From an uncultured Candidatus Poseidoniales archaeon (lineage in GTDB: Archaea > Thermoplasmatota > Poseidoniia > Poseidoniales > Thalassarchaeaceae), in contig CABXDN010000004.1 in the NCBI GenBank assembly GCA_902511005.1, positions 28,404 through 92,403 of the forward strand: DNA of 64,000 nt. Direction: 5' to 3'. Position 1 is the first letter of the stretch, and every line of letters begins with the position of its first letter. The translations under genes were made by a program, and so were the position numbers. Of this stretch, positions 28,635 through 39,475 are shown piece after piece. Under the pieces are notes generated by a model. The model did not search any database, had not been told where the DNA came from, and saw only the letters and a list, made by a program, of their open reading frames with translations.

Positions 28635-29261
28635 ATGAGAAAGATGGCACTAGACATCAAACCAACACGCTCAGAACTGATAAATTTGAAACGTCGTATT
28701 AAACAGACTTCAAGTGGATATAATCTCCTTAAAATGAAGAGAGATGGTTTATTCTTTGAATTCCGTACACTGTTGGCTGAGATGATTGCAGCAAGAGAAG
28801 AACTTGTGGGAACTTACCGCGACGCATTGAAATCTATTGCCTTAGCGTCATCTATTGAAGGTGGGTTAGCTGTAAAAAGCGCGGCAATTGCAGCAACATC
28901 AGGGCCAGAAGTAATGGTATCAAGAAGAAATATAATGGGTGTCGTTGTTCCTAAAGTTGAAGGTGCAAATCTTACAACCACTGTTGAAACGAGACCTACT
29001 GGAATTATTGGTGGTTCGCCATATATCGATGAATCTGCAGATTCTTATTCTATATTAATATCAAAAATTGTCAAGGCAGCAGAAATGGAAGCAACTCTGA
29101 AAAGACTTCTTGAAGAGATTGAAGCTACAAAAAGACGTGTAAACGCCTTGGAATTTGTTGTTATTCCTGAAATGAAAGAAGCACAATCATTCATTCAACT
29201 AAGATTAGAAGAGATGGAGAGAGAAGAAACATTCCGTCTTAAGAGATTCAAAAACAAGTAA
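28635..29261 (+). CDS. atpD: A1Ao ATP synthase subunit D.
   Basis: 208 aa. Motifs TRSELINLKRRIK and EATKRRVNALE are present. Last gene of the operon. Confidence 0.9.
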   Translation: MRKMALDIKPTRSELINLKRRIKQTSSGYNLLKMKRDGLFFEFRTLLAEMIAAREELVGTYRDALKSIALASSIEGGLAVKSAAIAATSGPEVMVSRRNIMGVVVPKVEGANLTTTVETRPTGIIGGSPYIDESADSYSILISKIVKAAEMEATLKRLLEEIEATKRRVNALEFVVIPEMKEAQSFIQLRLEEMEREETFRLKRFKNK

Positions 29262-29347
29262 CTTTGTATTTCTTTCTGCATAGCAGCACACACGGTTTGA
29301 TAGGGGGTAATCTATGCTCAGTAGTCAAGTGAGATGGAGGGGTGACT

Positions 29348-31762
29348 ATGTCTGACAGCAAACCAATTGTTATTGATAAAGAAACTTGGAATCAAAATGA
29401 GTTTCTAGAAACCATTTGCAATCGCTATTTTATTATCGGTAATCAATCTAGTATTGGTAATATCTCATGGGAGATTAATAGTCGTAATGACGAGGATATT
29501 AGCTCAAGTCTCGTTCTTCTTAACAAGCATCTCAAACCTCTAAGTTTGATAGGGTTATTAGATGAGGGTAATCCTCCTACATTGACAATAACAAGATATC
29601 CAGTTGATCCCGTATATGTTCCATTCTGGCAGCAGATATTAATTTGGGTGACAATGTTTTCATTTACTACATTAGCAGGAAGTTATTGGATATCTCAATA
29701 TGAGGCGAGTAATTCAGTACTGGCATTTGAGTCATTAAAAGAATCCTTTGTATATTTTAGTTTCCCTATTTTCTCCGTTACCATGTCGGCTCATCTTTTT
29801 AGAAAATATATTGCATCCCTCTTTGAGGTCGAAGTTGGTAATTTAGTACCAGTAGCATTTCCTTTGATATCTCCCTTCTGGCCATTTGGAATTGTAGGTG
29901 TTTTTGGTCAAAAGCGCATTGATACCATAACATATCCGAATCGTCGTTCGTTAGGTTTGATTGAATCATCATCTGCATTTGTATTCTTAATAGGAGGTTC
30001 TATTTTATCGCTCATAGGTATTACATTGACCTCTGATTTACCTCCCGAAATTATATCTAATCCAATACTATTAGAATTAAACGTTATAGTTGATTTATTG
30101 TCGAATCTATTTATTGATTCGGATATCTCAGTAAGGCTTCAGTGGGTCCACCCATTAGTTCTAGCAGGTTCTGGATTATCGATAATTGGTTGGATACTTC
30201 TTCTCCCTATACCTGGGTTCCCTGGTGATAGAATTTTACATTCAATACTTGGTCCTAAAAACCTCGAATCAAATGAAAATGAAACTTCATTATTCTTAAT
30301 CACTCTAGGAATTATGTGCATAGTTTTCTTAGAAACTATATTTTGGCCTTGGTTGATTCTTGCATCATTGGCATCTTGGAGAAGATTTAGTGGAGATCAT
30401 ATACCAACTCCCTTGGTAGTAGATGAGGCATTTGGTATTGATAGGAAATTTCGAAATACATTTACTACAGCGATAGTTGTTGCATTACTGCTAGGTTTTC
30501 CAGGAGTTCACCCAGTTAAACAAATTTCTAATTTAGAAGAGGGCTTGGATATATCGAGTTGGGATAATCAGATAGATTACCTAGATGAAGGGATTAATTC
30601 TTTGGGTCTGTATCCTTCAGGGATAATGCCTGTTTCTGGGACAATACAGGTTTTAATCGAGGGAGATAATGAAAGATGGGATATTGACTCTGAATGTTTT
30701 GATGATAAATTAATTTGCTATTTTGAAAATATCAGTCAAAATAATCATGGTTCATTTGACTTTTCGATTTTAGATAATAATTTAACCGAAACTTCTCCAG
30801 TACAGTTACGTTTTATCATAGAGACAGGAGACTCAACTAAAGAACATGTTATCGCAGTCAAGTATCCTAATATCACATCTCCCGATCCTCTTTGGCATAG
30901 AGATGATGAATCTCCAAAAGAAAGAATTTGTATAAATATTGAAGTTATTGAAAACCAATCTGGTAATTTAACCGTAAGTTCAAATCCATTCTGGTCAATA
31001 GAAAATTCAAGTTTCCTTTCAGGGGGTGAGAATGAATTATGCCTTATATCAGAAAAAGGAGGCTGGGAATCGTTAAAAATCGGTAATTCAGGAATTTCTG
31101 GCTATAGAATGGGACCTATTGTTGAATTTGAATCTGATAATGGCGAAAAAACAATTTGGAATTTGCCGATTGAAAATTCTTATGTTAATATATACCTGAA
31201 TCAAACCACTGGTCTTAGATTAAATCAAGTCACAGATGGTGTACTATATTCCGACACATTCAGCTCACCGTTCTGTCCTTCTGAAAATATTATTCCGACA
31301 TTAGACTCGAATTCAACGGATAATCTTACTCTTTTGATAGGTTCACCAATTATTATTGATGGAGATTATGAGAATAGGAGTATATTGGTCCCTGAAAGCG
31401 GATGGATAGTAAATTGTGATGCTGAAAATTCAAGGGCATATTCTCTGAAATCAGGTTTTGATATAGACATAGACGGTTTAATGATGAATGACTCAAAATT
31501 ACCATTCTCAGATCTAACTATTAATTCAAGGGAAGACACGGATCTAAGTTTAACTCTAGACATATCTAGTAATTTAAGAAATGACTCTGGATTAGAAATC
31601 TCATTGCCAGATTCAATCCCTGCAAATGATTCAGTAGATATTGGAATCAATTTTAATGAAATAGATAGTGAAATCTGGAAAGTATTTTGGATTACCCAAG
31701 ATTCCGATAGTTTAACTCTACATTTTGTATTAAAATGCCCCATTGGGGGATGCAACAATTGA
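29348..31762 (+). CDS. Large membrane protein with an N-terminal M50/S2P-protease-like polytopic domain (zinc motif apparently lost) and a roughly 400-aa Asn/Ser/Asp-rich putative extracellular domain.
   Basis: LLPIPGFPGDRILHS matches the M50 NLLPIPPLDGGRIL motif. At the position expected for HExxH the sequence reads MSAHLFRKY, so E is replaced by L and the second H by K. There are about 9 predicted TM helices in the first 380 aa. The C-terminal domain carries more than 12 N-x-S/T sequons. The region is noticeably more AT-rich than the flanking operon. Start is ATG 29348; the track ORF begins at GTG 29342. Confidence 0.45.
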   Translation: MSDSKPIVIDKETWNQNEFLETICNRYFIIGNQSSIGNISWEINSRNDEDISSSLVLLNKHLKPLSLIGLLDEGNPPTLTITRYPVDPVYVPFWQQILIWVTMFSFTTLAGSYWISQYEASNSVLAFESLKESFVYFSFPIFSVTMSAHLFRKYIASLFEVEVGNLVPVAFPLISPFWPFGIVGVFGQKRIDTITYPNRRSLGLIESSSAFVFLIGGSILSLIGITLTSDLPPEIISNPILLELNVIVDLLSNLFIDSDISVRLQWVHPLVLAGSGLSIIGWILLLPIPGFPGDRILHSILGPKNLESNENETSLFLITLGIMCIVFLETIFWPWLILASLASWRRFSGDHIPTPLVVDEAFGIDRKFRNTFTTAIVVALLLGFPGVHPVKQISNLEEGLDISSWDNQIDYLDEGINSLGLYPSGIMPVSGTIQVLIEGDNERWDIDSECFDDKLICYFENISQNNHGSFDFSILDNNLTETSPVQLRFIIETGDSTKEHVIAVKYPNITSPDPLWHRDDESPKERICINIEVIENQSGNLTVSSNPFWSIENSSFLSGGENELCLISEKGGWESLKIGNSGISGYRMGPIVEFESDNGEKTIWNLPIENSYVNIYLNQTTGLRLNQVTDGVLYSDTFSSPFCPSENIIPTLDSNSTDNLTLLIGSPIIIDGDYENRSILVPESGWIVNCDAENSRAYSLKSGFDIDIDGLMMNDSKLPFSDLTINSREDTDLSLTLDISSNLRNDSGLEISLPDSIPANDSVDIGINFNEIDSEIWKVFWITQDSDSLTLHFVLKCPIGGCNN

Positions 31763-32709
31763 GAGTGGCAATAATTGGGGTAGGTTCTATTGGAGGGATT
31801 ATTCTTGGTGCTATGGCAGATACTGATGTAGATTTAGTCTGTATTTCTAGGGGTTCCACTGCAACAAGTTTGTCTAACTTGGGACTAGTTTTACACACTC
31901 CTGAAGGGAGCATAGAAGTTGTCCCTTCCGAAAGATATCTGCTAGTAGACAGTCAAGCTGGTCCTCTTTCAGAGCAGATACGAGGTACCTGCGATATCGC
32001 AATAATTTGTGGGAAGACGCTTGATACACCAGCATTAGCCGAATTAGCATCCGAGGTACTTACAGAAAACGGATATGCGTTGACTATCCAAAATGGGTTG
32101 GGTAACGCAGAAATATTAGCCAATAGGATTGGTCGTGAACGTATATTTGTCGGTTCACTTACCCATGCAGCCTGGCGAAGTGATGAAGGAGAGGTTCATT
32201 GGGTAGGTAGAGGGAGTATTAATCTCGGTGCATTGAACATAGAAGAAAATGTTAGAGCAGAACCTCTTCTAAGGATTCTTAATGATGCCGATCTCAATGC
32301 TACATTAAGTAATGATATTCAACAGATTCTTTGGAAAAAATTACTGATTAATGTCGCAATTAACCCAGTTTGCGCTATTGCTGGAGTTCGTAATGGGGCT
32401 CTTTTAGAAGTCAATTCACTTTGGCAACAAGCAATGCAGGCTATGCGTGAAGCCGCTATTGTAGCACGCGCTAGTGGAGTAGATTTAGGCGATATAAAAT
32501 TAGAAAAGTATCTTCGAGAAGTAGTAACGATCTCTCCTGAGAATAGATGCTCGATGCTACAAGATATAATGGCAGGCAGACCTACTGAGATTGATGCATT
32601 ATGTGGTGCAGTAGTTCTAAGGGGTGAGGCTGAAGGAATACCGACCCCTTGTAATGCAATATTACATGGGCTGATCAAAGGGATTGAAAAGTCTTCTAAA
32701 TTTGATTGA
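31750..32709 (+). CDS. panE: 2-Dehydropantoate 2-reductase (ketopantoate reductase).
   Basis: Rossmann N-terminus LRVAIIGVGSIGG. CSMLQDIMAGRPTEIDALCGAVV matches the PanE SMLQDxExGRxTEIDxxNGxVV segment. It overlaps the upstream gene by 13 nt. Confidence 0.8.
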   Translation: MQQLRVAIIGVGSIGGIILGAMADTDVDLVCISRGSTATSLSNLGLVLHTPEGSIEVVPSERYLLVDSQAGPLSEQIRGTCDIAIICGKTLDTPALAELASEVLTENGYALTIQNGLGNAEILANRIGRERIFVGSLTHAAWRSDEGEVHWVGRGSINLGALNIEENVRAEPLLRILNDADLNATLSNDIQQILWKKLLINVAINPVCAIAGVRNGALLEVNSLWQQAMQAMREAAIVARASGVDLGDIKLEKYLREVVTISPENRCSMLQDIMAGRPTEIDALCGAVVLRGEAEGIPTPCNAILHGLIKGIEKSSKFD

Positions 32710-32712
32710 TAT

Positions 32713-34347
32713 TTATTCTAAGTCTTTATTGTAATGTAAGCCAATATTTTCTTTCCTAGATAATGATGCACTAACTACAATTTTTGCAACTTGTATAAGG
32801 TTTCTTAGTTCTACTAGATCTTGTGTAGGTTTACATCTTTCCCAGATTATATTAACTTCATTTTCTAAATGATTGATTCTTCTTTCTGCTCTTTTCAGTC
32901 TATCGTTACTTTTTACAATCCCTACATCCATTGTCATAGTTGTTCTCAGGGCGTCTAAATCTGTACGTAAAGGCGAATGTTCAATTAATGTGGAAAGATT
33001 ATCTGCGCGCCAGAGTGGAATATTTTTAGGTAACTTCTGTAATTCATTTTGATTGTATTTTTCAATTATATTTTTCGCTGCCCGTTCTGAATATACCACC
33101 GCTTCAAGAAGACTGTTTGATGCTAGCCGATTTGCTCCATGTAACCCGGTTCTTGCTACTTCTCCAATTGCATAAAGTCCTGGCATCTTTTTATCATTTA
33201 CAAGCGCATGACCATAGTGGTTAACATTCACACCACCGACCATGTAGTGAGCAGCTGGAATCACAGGAATCGGATCTTTCCCAATAGAAATTCCATAGGA
33301 TTTTAATTTTTTATCTATATTTGGAAACTTTTCAATCAATTTATTTTGATTTAAGTGTTCAGTAATCAGAAATACATGTTTATCTCCCGTTTTCTTTAAT
33401 TCGGAATCAATAGCTCTTGCTACAATATCTCTTGTACCAAGTGATCCCATTTCAGAATATTTATTCATAAATGAATGGTGCTCTGGGTTTTCAAATTCTG
33501 ATTTTTTCCAGTTTTTAATATCCTGTTTAGTCATTAAAATTGCACCATATCCTCTCATTGCTTCAGTAATTAAAAATGGTCTGGAACTATCTAAGGACAA
33601 TGATGTGGGGTGGAATTGTATAAATTCAATATCTTTAATATCTGCTCCAACTCTAAGTGCCATTCCAACTCCATCACCTGTTGCAATTGATGGGTTTGTT
33701 GTCGAACGATGTAGGTAACCAACCCCTCCTGTAGCTAAAACTATCGCTTTTGCAGGTAATGTATGTACTACTCCTGAAGGTGCAAGGCACCAAACACCAA
33801 CCACTCCCTTTTCTGGCGATCGATATTCTTTCTGAATTAGATCAATTCCCATCCAATTTTCTAGTATTACAAATCTGTCATCAATTTCTCCCGATGTGGA
33901 CTTAGTTAGTGCTCTCTCAATTTCTTCTCCAGTGGCGTCCTTTGAATGTAGTATTCTTTCATCTGAGTGTCCGCCTTCTCTAACTCTATCAAATTCTCCA
34001 CTCTCATTCTTATCAAAACGGACTCCGTGTTTGATTAAATCTCTTATTCTATCCGCTGCTTCTAATACTACTGATTCAACTACTTCTTCATTGCAAAGCC
34101 CGGCGCCGGCAGAAATGGTATCTTTTACATGGGCATCAATAGCATCTTGATCTTCTGGGTTAAGTACACCAGCAATTCCTCCTTGTGCCCAATTTGTATT
34201 CGATGTAGAGATATTCTTTTTAGTAATTAAAGCAACATTCAGTCCCTTCTGTACGCAACGATGTGCTAAAAATAAGCCCGCTATCCCTGAACCAATAACT
34301 GCAACATCTACTGGCTCCATTAATTCGTCTTCGACGATGTCACCCAT
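32713..34347 (-). CDS. nadB: L-aspartate oxidase-like FAD flavoprotein (NadB/SdhA family, non-covalent FAD type).
   Basis: VAVIGSGIAGLFLA is the FAD fold. NTNWAQGGIAGV lacks the His that binds FAD covalently in SdhA. RPFLITEAMRGYGAIL is the active-site loop, and GLHGANRLASNSLLE is C-terminal. 544 aa. No nadA or nadC gene is adjacent, so the assignment rests on motifs only. Confidence 0.65.
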   Translation of the reverse strand: MGDIVEDELMEPVDVAVIGSGIAGLFLAHRCVQKGLNVALITKKNISTSNTNWAQGGIAGVLNPEDQDAIDAHVKDTISAGAGLCNEEVVESVVLEAADRIRDLIKHGVRFDKNESGEFDRVREGGHSDERILHSKDATGEEIERALTKSTSGEIDDRFVILENWMGIDLIQKEYRSPEKGVVGVWCLAPSGVVHTLPAKAIVLATGGVGYLHRSTTNPSIATGDGVGMALRVGADIKDIEFIQFHPTSLSLDSSRPFLITEAMRGYGAILMTKQDIKNWKKSEFENPEHHSFMNKYSEMGSLGTRDIVARAIDSELKKTGDKHVFLITEHLNQNKLIEKFPNIDKKLKSYGISIGKDPIPVIPAAHYMVGGVNVNHYGHALVNDKKMPGLYAIGEVARTGLHGANRLASNSLLEAVVYSERAAKNIIEKYNQNELQKLPKNIPLWRADNLSTLIEHSPLRTDLDALRTTMTMDVGIVKSNDRLKRAERRINHLENEVNIIWERCKPTQDLVELRNLIQVAKIVVSASLSRKENIGLHYNKDLE

Positions 34348-34525
34348 ATTACTCTCGATGGGGGGGCTCTGAATGAATCTTCGCTTATTTTTCCGGTTAA
34401 CGGCCTAAAATAAGAGGTCTATTTTTCGCTCTGCTGCGCTCTTGTCCTCCTCAATGTTCATAGACGGAAATGCGGCAGCCAACTAATGATGTCGGCGAGA
34501 AATTGCTGATATTATATGGTGATGG

Positions 34526-37500
34526 GATGCATCTAGTAAGAATTGAACTTGAAAATTTCAAATCATTTGGTGGACAAATAATTATACCATTTGAGGAGGG
34601 ATTCACTGCAATAACAGGCCCTAATGGTTCAGGGAAGTCTAATTGTGGAGATGCTATACAATTTGTTTTAGGGCCTAAATCTACTCGTTCTCTTCGTGCA
34701 TCTAATGTTTCAGAATTAATATTCAACGGTGGAGGCGGAGGGAAAGCTGCTCGAAATATGTCTGCAACGCTTGTTTTTGAAAACTCGCCCGAATCTGATG
34801 GTCGCCGTAGATTAAGAATTGATACCGAAGAAGTTTCATTTACGCGTTCAGTCAGATTAAACCGTAAAAACGATACGATTTCATCATATTACATCAATGG
34901 TAATCCTTCTACTGCCACTGAAATGAGGAGAGTTTTGGCTGAAGCAGGCCTACATGGCGATGGTTACAACATTGTATTGCAAGGAGATGTCACGAATCTG
35001 GCCTCTATGACTCCTCACAAAAGGAGAGGAGTCCTTGAAGAAGTAGCTGGGGTGACTGCTTATGACGATGAAATACGTCGTGCTAATAATCAACGTAAGG
35101 TAGTCGAAAACAATATTGAAACTATCGATTTATTTGAAGAAGAACAAAAAACAAGGCTAAAAGGTTTGGAAAAAGAGCGCCAACAGGCATTGAAATTTAA
35201 AGATCTGAAAGATGAATTAGATTTGAACAAGGTAGTCCTTCAACAATCTAGGCACCGTAATAGATTAGATGAGGTCAGACTTTTGGGCGAGGAGCGTTCA
35301 AGTTATTCTGAACAAATCACTGGCCTCACAGAGAATATAAGGGCTGGGAATCAAAATCTAGGCAACTTCGATGAAGAACTTGTACAAATTGGAAATGATT
35401 TAGATGATATAATGAGCGGAGACGCGAGAGAATTACTAGATACTATTCGTCAACATGAAATTGATATCGAAACTAATTCTGACAGAGTAGGCGATCAATT
35501 GAAAATTATCGAATCTACTGAAGAAGATATTGAAATTATTCGAGAAGATTATGAAAGCGCAGAGAATGCAAGGGAGTCTGGTCAAGAAGAGTTGAATCAA
35601 GCCAAGGAATCTTTATTGAAAGCAGACTCTGATCTTATTCAGGCTGCTTCTGACGAGAAACAAGCAAGGGAGGCAATCCAGTCAGGAGATAGACATGGTC
35701 GTGATTTAAATCGTGCACTTGGTCAAGCAACCGACTTAGTTGCAGAAAAGCATCAAGAGTATTCTATTGCTAGATTAGAATCAGATAGGGCGGAGCAAAC
35801 TGCTCAAATTTCCTCCGAAAAACTAGCAGATTTGGAAGAAGAATACGAACAAGCGACACTTAATAGAGATGATTTAACATTAGTCGGAGAAGAGATTCAA
35901 GGTGGTGGAGGACAGGTAGACCGAACTGCTTTGGCGAATGAATTACAAAGATTAACTAAGCAAGAAATTGGATTGCGTGAAGATCGAGATCGCTCTGAAG
36001 TTAAGGCTAGAGATGCAGAAGTTGAATTGGCAAAGGCCAGAGCAAGACAAGAAGCCAAAGCAAATAGGCCAGGGTCGGCTATAACTATAGCTGCTCTAAC
36101 AAAATTAAGGCAGAGCGGAGAGATTAAGGGCATTCTTGGCACATTAGGTGAGTTATGTTCTCCAAAAGATGCAGCGCATGAAGATGCATTAGCATTAGCG
36201 CTAGGGAATGGTTTGAGGAGCATAGTAGTCACTAATGACGAAGTTGCAGCCGAGTGTATCAAGTGGCTTCGACTTAATGTTGGAGGGCGTGCAACATTCT
36301 TACCTCTAAATAAATTGAATGTATCTAGGCCACAAGGAAGGACATTAATTGTCGCTAGAAATCAGGGAGTCCTTGGTTTTGCTCATGATTTACTAGATTA
36401 TGACTTAGAAGTCGATATTGCAGTTAGATATGCCTCTAGAAATACCCTGATTGTACAATCAATGGATGTGGCACGAAAGAATATGGGCGGTGTCCGCATG
36501 GTTACACTGAAAGGAGATATCATCGAAGGTTCAGGTGCAATGACTGGAGGTTCTCCTGCAGGCTCTTCAAGGCCGCGTTTCGGGGGGGGCAGTCCGGGGC
36601 AACTAGGTTCTGAGAGGCTTGAGAGATCAGTTGAAGAAGCGAATCTAATTTATTCAACTGTTGAAGCAGCATTAAGAGAATTACGTACTAATCAACAGAA
36701 ATTACGTGATCAAATCCATGGTCTAGACGATAGTGATCAATCGGTTAAGATACGTGAGTGGAAATCTGATCTTTCACGTGCGCAGAAAGATGTTGATGAG
36801 ATAGGTAAAAAGATTATATCTGCTAGAGATGAATTCTCACGTGTTGATAAATTATTCATTTCATCTAAGGAAGCGGCCGATAAAGCGAATCTGGATCATG
36901 AAGAATCGCTCAAATCAAGATCTGACGCCGCTACTGCACTTCAAAATCATACACCCGATCATCTTTCAGAAATATTAAGGAACGCAGAAAAAACAAGGAC
37001 AGATGCTGAAAGGACGAAGATTGTATCCGATGCTGCAATTCTTAATGGGACTGAAAGAATGGATATTCTTTCGAATAGGTTGTCTGAACTTTCCAGACAA
37101 ATAAACAATAAAGAAAAATTAATTTCTGACGCTAGGGAGGCAATAGTTTCTCTGCAAGAATCTATAACTAATTCTCAAGAGTTATTGGTGGACTTAAAGG
37201 GACAATCTTCACAATTTGATGAAGAACAGCAAATTCTAACCCAACGTCGAGAAATAATTATTGAAGAGAGAGCGAGTTTAAGGGCTACTCTAGATTCACA
37301 TTCTCAGAAACGTGAAACATTAACCTCAAGGATTGAAGAATTGAATATTCAAATCCAACAAAAAAGAGCGGCAGTGAATGAAATTGTCGCAGAATTAGCA
37401 GATGCGGAAATCGACGTACCATCTGCTGACATCCAATTACCCACTGTGGCCGAGGCGGAAAGAGTAGTGCAGGGACTCGAACGTCGCCTCGGTCATCTAG

Positions 37501-38459
37501 GTGATGTCAATATGTTAGCTATAGAGCAATACGACATTGCAGTCGAACGTGTAGCTGGGCTAATAGAAGATGGAAAAATACTCCGGCAAAGGCGTGACGA
37601 CCTTGTAGGTATTGCAGATAGACTTGAATCTGAGAGGAAAAAGAGGCTTCTCCTAGTATTTGAACACGTAAATAGAAATTTCAGTCGTGTGTATGCGCAG
37701 TTACAACCCGGTGGAATAGGTAGTCTTCGGTTAGAGAATCTAAAGAATCCATTTGACGGAGGTCTTGAGATGGACTGCGTACCTCCTGGTAAGAATAGTA
37801 AAACTCGTAGAAATTTATTATCAGGTGGTGAAAAATCGATGGCTGCTCTAGCCCTAATATTCGCGATACAAGATTACGAGCCAAGTCCATTCTATTATTT
37901 CGATGAGGTTGATCAAAATTTAGATCCATTTAATTCTGAATTAATTGCTGCACTTTGTTTAATGCGTTCACAAAGGGCGCAATTCATCATGGTCACATTA
38001 AGAAAAGTCAGTTTGAATCTCGCTAATCACCATATCGGTATCACCCATGCAGGTGATGGATGTAGTCGCCGAATAACTGATTTCGATCGTGCTGCTGCGC
38101 TACAGATGAGTGAAGAGATGGAAAAAGAAGAAGCCGCTCGAAAACAGTCAGAAACTGAACGTTCAGAATTAGTATTACCTGATCCTGAAAAGATGCCACG
38201 AGTCCCTGAGCCTCTTGGGACTCCTAAGTCATTAGGGGGTCTGGCGGAAAGGGCAGGTTTAGATATTGATGAATCCGAGGTAGATGAGATAGGTGAAGAA
38301 TCTTCAAAAACTGGGGATTTAATCGCATTAAGGGAAAGAACTGAAGATTGGACTGAAGATATTGAGGAAGCTGATATAATTCAAAATGCATTGGTCGATG
38401 AAGAAAATCTCAAGAATAGTAATGACGAGGTTACTTCACCTGAAGTAGAAATTGAGTGA
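34526..38459 (+). CDS. smc: Chromosome segregation protein SMC, with a roughly 140-aa acidic C-terminal extension.
   Basis: N-terminal Walker A head MHLVRIELENFKSFGG...ITGPNGSGKSN. Long coiled coils and a hinge region are present. The C-terminal head carries the signature LSGGEKSMAALALIFAIQDYEPSPFYYFDEVDQNLD. Start is the ATG at 34526, downstream of the track start. Confidence 0.9.
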
Positions 38460-38467
38460 GGTGAATT

Positions 38468-39475
38468 ATGTCCGTTTTCGATGGTAACTCTATGAAAGAT
38501 GACATAGTTTCAAGATTACTTGGCGGAGAAGCAGATCTTGAAACTAATCGTTATCTTGATAGACTGGTTGAATTATCTCTTGTTGAAGAAGCAGAACATC
38601 AGTTCTTGATAGATCCCTTCGATAGGTCTGTAGCATTAGTATTCCAAATGTTCCATAATACTGATCTTGACCCATGGGACGTTGACCTTTCTGTTTTTCT
38701 AGAATTATTCAATCAAAGAATTAACGAATCAGAAAATATAGATTTACCAACATGCGGTAGATTAGTTAGGATGGCCTGGTCAATTCTCCGTGGCCAAGCC
38801 AGTTCACTTCTTGAAAGGCAAGAACGATCTCTTATTGATGAGGAGGTCGAAGAAACGTGGGATTTCGAGGATTCTTGGGAATCTGAATTTTCGGATGAAG
38901 ATTATAATTTCTCAGTAGGTGTCCTTACTGGGGCTGCTAGCGATGTGTTACCTACTATGCTCGAAGGTAGAATACATCGAGAAGAGGGGCGCCCAGTAAC
39001 TCTGGGGGAGTTACTTATGGGGCTCCAAGCAGCAGGTAGACTTTCAGAAGAACAAAAGATGCGAGAAGAAATAGCAAAAGAACGTCGCGAGGCTAATGAA
39101 AAAGCCAGAGCTAGGTTTGGAGGTAGTTTACATGTTGAGAATTTGGAAGACGATTTGAAAAGAACTTGGGATGCATTAAGGAGTCGTACTCTCGAAGAAA
39201 AAGAATCTACGAATCTTAGTGAGATAGTTGAAGTTTTAGAGAAAGGCTCTATTGATTCAGGATTAAGTATTGAAGATGCGAAATCAGAGGCTCAAGTCAC
39301 TGCGTTGATATCGTCTCTTTTTCTAACTCATCGAGGATATGCTGAAGTTTCTCAAGATCTAAATGGCAATATTTCGTTAAAAAATCTTCACCTTCGAGAC
39401 AATGACTTTTCAACTTTAACTAACCGTCTTAATCCTAAAGTAAGGCTTACTGAGAGGGTGATATCCAATGAGTGA
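38468..39475 (+). CDS. scpA: Segregation and condensation protein A (kleisin).
   Basis: It lies immediately downstream of smc. DLDPWDVDLSVFLELF matches the ScpA N-terminal motif. The middle is acidic, and the gene overlaps scpB by 8 nt. Confidence 0.8.
   Translation: MSVFDGNSMKDDIVSRLLGGEADLETNRYLDRLVELSLVEEAEHQFLIDPFDRSVALVFQMFHNTDLDPWDVDLSVFLELFNQRINESENIDLPTCGRLVRMAWSILRGQASSLLERQERSLIDEEVEETWDFEDSWESEFSDEDYNFSVGVLTGAASDVLPTMLEGRIHREEGRPVTLGELLMGLQAAGRLSEEQKMREEIAKERREANEKARARFGGSLHVENLEDDLKRTWDALRSRTLEEKESTNLSEIVEVLEKGSIDSGLSIEDAKSEAQVTALISSLFLTHRGYAEVSQDLNGNISLKNLHLRDNDFSTLTNRLNPKVRLTERVISNE

Noticed and set aside
32713-34347. Calling the flavoprotein succinate dehydrogenase/fumarate reductase subunit A.
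   Set aside because: The FAD-attachment His (RSHTVAAxGG) is absent, since the sequence reads NTNWAQGG, and no sdhB/C/D genes are adjacent. L-aspartate oxidase-like is the safer call, though still uncertain.
35897-36262. 121-aa minus-strand ORF.
   Set aside because: It is antisense within smc.
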